From the NCBI GenBank assembly GCA_963817955.1, contig CAWFQK010000005.1:64001-128000 (forward strand): a DNA stretch of 64,000 bases, read 5' to 3'. Positions 62,298 to 64,000 of this stretch are shown here, piece after piece (within the stretch, counting starts at the first letter, position 1; each line of letters begins with the position of its first letter). The DNA is from an uncultured Gemmatimonadaceae bacterium. GTDB lineage: Bacteria; Gemmatimonadota; Gemmatimonadetes; Gemmatimonadales; Gemmatimonadaceae. Below the pieces are notes generated by a model. It ran no database searches and was not told the DNA's origin. It worked only from the letters and a program-made list of their open reading frames with translations. Position numbers and translations under genes: made by a program.

Positions 62298-63678
62298 TGC
62301 GCGAAGGTCCGTCATCGCCTGGATCGTCGTACAGATCGGCTCTGGTTCGGGGCACGTGGACCGTACCGTTTGCGTCAGCCTTGGCGAGTAGCGATTGCAC
62401 CACGCCAATCCGTCCAACCCGAAAACCGTATGCGGCTGCCGACATATAGAGCCGCCACACGCGATAGGTGACGTCGCCGACGGCCGCACGCGCCTCCGCC
62501 TCGTGCGCCTCCAGTCGCCGCACCCAATGACGGAGCGTCGTCGTATAGTGTTCGCGCAAACTTTCGACATCGCGCAACTCGAACCCCTGCTCTTCGGCGC
62601 TCGCGATCACTTCCGATGATTGGACGAGATCGCCATCGGGAAACACGTAGCGGCGCATGAACTGATCGCGACGCCAGAGATTTCGCCAGATCGGATCGAG
62701 CGGCGAATGCGGACGTGCATCGACCAGGCTCACAATGCCATGGTTGAGAAAGAGTCCGCCCGGCGCGAGCACGCGATACGCGACCGCGAAATAGTCGGGC
62801 AGCTTTGCCCTGCCGACGTGTTCCACCATGCCGATGCTGGCGATCTTGTCGAATCGCTCGGCTTCTCCCATGTGGCGGTAGTCGCGTACTTCGATAGACA
62901 CGAGGTCCGCGAGGCCTTCGCGCGCGATTCGTGCGCGCGCGAAGCTGGCCTGTTCCTCGCTGAGCGTGAGTCCGGTCGCGTGCACCCCGTAGTGCCGCGC
63001 CGCATGAATGACGAGTCCGCCCCACCCACAGCCAATATCCAGCAGGCGCTCTCCGGGTTGGAGGCGCAGCTTGCGGCAGACGTAGTCGAGCTTGGCCACT
63101 TGCGCCGCATCGAGGCTCTCATCGCCCCGCTCGAAGTACCCGCACGAATACACCATGCGCTGATCGAGCCAGAGCGCGTAGAACTCATTACCGACGTCGT
63201 AATGAAAGCGCACGGCCTGAGCGTCGCGCGGCGCCGAGTGCATGCGTCCGAAGCGGAACAGCTTGCTGGCGACGTGTGCGCCGGAATCGTCGGCGAAAGC
63301 CAGCGGCTTGTCTGGTGCAGGCAGCGCGAGCGCATCGCGCATCAGCCGCACCACGCCCGGCACTGATCCAATCCGGCTCACGGCAACGTCACCGAGGTCG
63401 GCGGCCGCTTCGATGTCGCCTTCGATGTCGATGTCGCCGTAGAGATACGCCTCGGCAATCGCGAGCTCGGAGGGCGGAAGCAACATGCGACGCAGCGCGG
63501 CCGGGCGACGAATGTCGAGGGTGAATCGCGCATCGCGGAGCGGCCTTTCGGTGGCTCCATCCCAATAGCGAACCGTGAAGTGGCGGGCGGGAGGCGGGCC
63601 GAAAAGATCCGCTACCACGCGCTGCGCTGCACGCACCGGCCCGTCTGCTCGTTGCGATGCCTGTGTTGGCTCTGGCAT
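62209..63678 (-). CDS. cfa: Cyclopropane-fatty-acyl-phospholipid synthase family methyltransferase
   Basis: HYDVGNEFY, YSCGYF, LLDIGCGWG, TLSEEQ, SIGMVEHVG, YVFPDG, RVWRLYM. Confidence 0.92.
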   Translation of the reverse strand: MPEPTQASQRADGPVRAAQRVVADLFGPPPARHFTVRYWDGATERPLRDARFTLDIRRPAALRRMLLPPSELAIAEAYLYGDIDIEGDIEAAADLGDVAVSRIGSVPGVVRLMRDALALPAPDKPLAFADDSGAHVASKLFRFGRMHSAPRDAQAVRFHYDVGNEFYALWLDQRMVYSCGYFERGDESLDAAQVAKLDYVCRKLRLQPGERLLDIGCGWGGLVIHAARHYGVHATGLTLSEEQASFARARIAREGLADLVSIEVRDYRHMGEAERFDKIASIGMVEHVGRAKLPDYFAVAYRVLAPGGLFLNHGIVSLVDARPHSPLDPIWRNLWRRDQFMRRYVFPDGDLVQSSEVIASAEEQGFELRDVESLREHYTTTLRHWVRRLEAHEAEARAAVGDVTYRVWRLYMSAAAYGFRVGRIGVVQSLLAKADANGTVHVPRTRADLYDDPGDDGPSRITPRSTRRCTIQHRGATPARPPSRPNRDR

Positions 63679-63861
63679 GCGATGCCGCGGTGCAACTCTG
63701 GGACCGCCGTGATGACGACAGCTATCAGAAACTCTCAGTACGCTAAAGCCGTACTGGCGAAGCAGGCCCAGCGTGTGCTGGGACGAATCGCGAATCTGGG
63801 ACGAATCGCGAATCGCGAGACGGTTCATGCACCGCGCCCTTACTGCTAACGGAATAACCTC

Positions 63862-64000
63862 ATGACATTCATACGTGATGTTCGCTTCGCGGTTCGCGCC
63901 TTGAGCGGCACACCGCTCGTGACGGCGCTCGCCATCACGTGCATCGGTCTTGGTATCGGCGCCGTCACCACAGTGTACAGCACCGCGAGCGCGTTCACCT
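63862..64000 (+). CDS. MacB/ADOP-type ABC permease, N-terminus (runs off window end)
   Basis: DVRFAVRAL...P..TALAITCIGLGIGAVTTVYS, the typical start of this permease family. Confidence 0.8.
   Translation, partial: MTFIRDVRFAVRALSGTPLVTALAITCIGLGIGAVTTVYSTASAFT

Noticed and set aside
63778..63818. 18-bp direct duplication between cfa and the permease
   Set aside because: Only two copies; no evidence of function

Overview
GC-rich bacterial chromosomal window, densely coding. A Gemmatimonadota-like origin is inferred from gene families and protein style and is not proven. No rRNA, tRNA, CRISPR array, transposase or prophage was recognised. Housekeeping content: cbb3 oxidase ccoNO-Q-P, several peptidases (M16, M20, S9, M28, NlpC/P60), psuG, a kynureninase-like enzyme with an APC permease, acnA, glycerate kinase, aguB-aguA, a Cys/Met PLP enzyme with queC-queE, a MacAB-like ABC/NtrC cluster, an L,D-transpeptidase and cfa. 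The strongest candidate for an undescribed system is a minus-strand locus at 25.8-32.6 kb. There a lipoprotein carrying an HFSGY motif is followed by a tiny ORF ending in a second HFSGY motif, then a 1596-aa TPR/HD-GYP/GGDEF/STAND-ATPase/TPR protein and an enhancer-binding-type ATPase lacking GAFTGA; this may be a peptide-to-c-di-GMP circuit. Other notable items: a ~1-kb 21/42-nt repeat array flanked by inverted REP-like elements, a sortase with a dedicated APATA-motif substrate, a patatin-ferredoxin fusion, a ~180-nt 6S-like hairpin, a CheB/CheR/PAS-kinase island without CheA/CheW, and several frameshifted or deleted gene relics. All product calls come from motif recognition by eye; no database searches were run.
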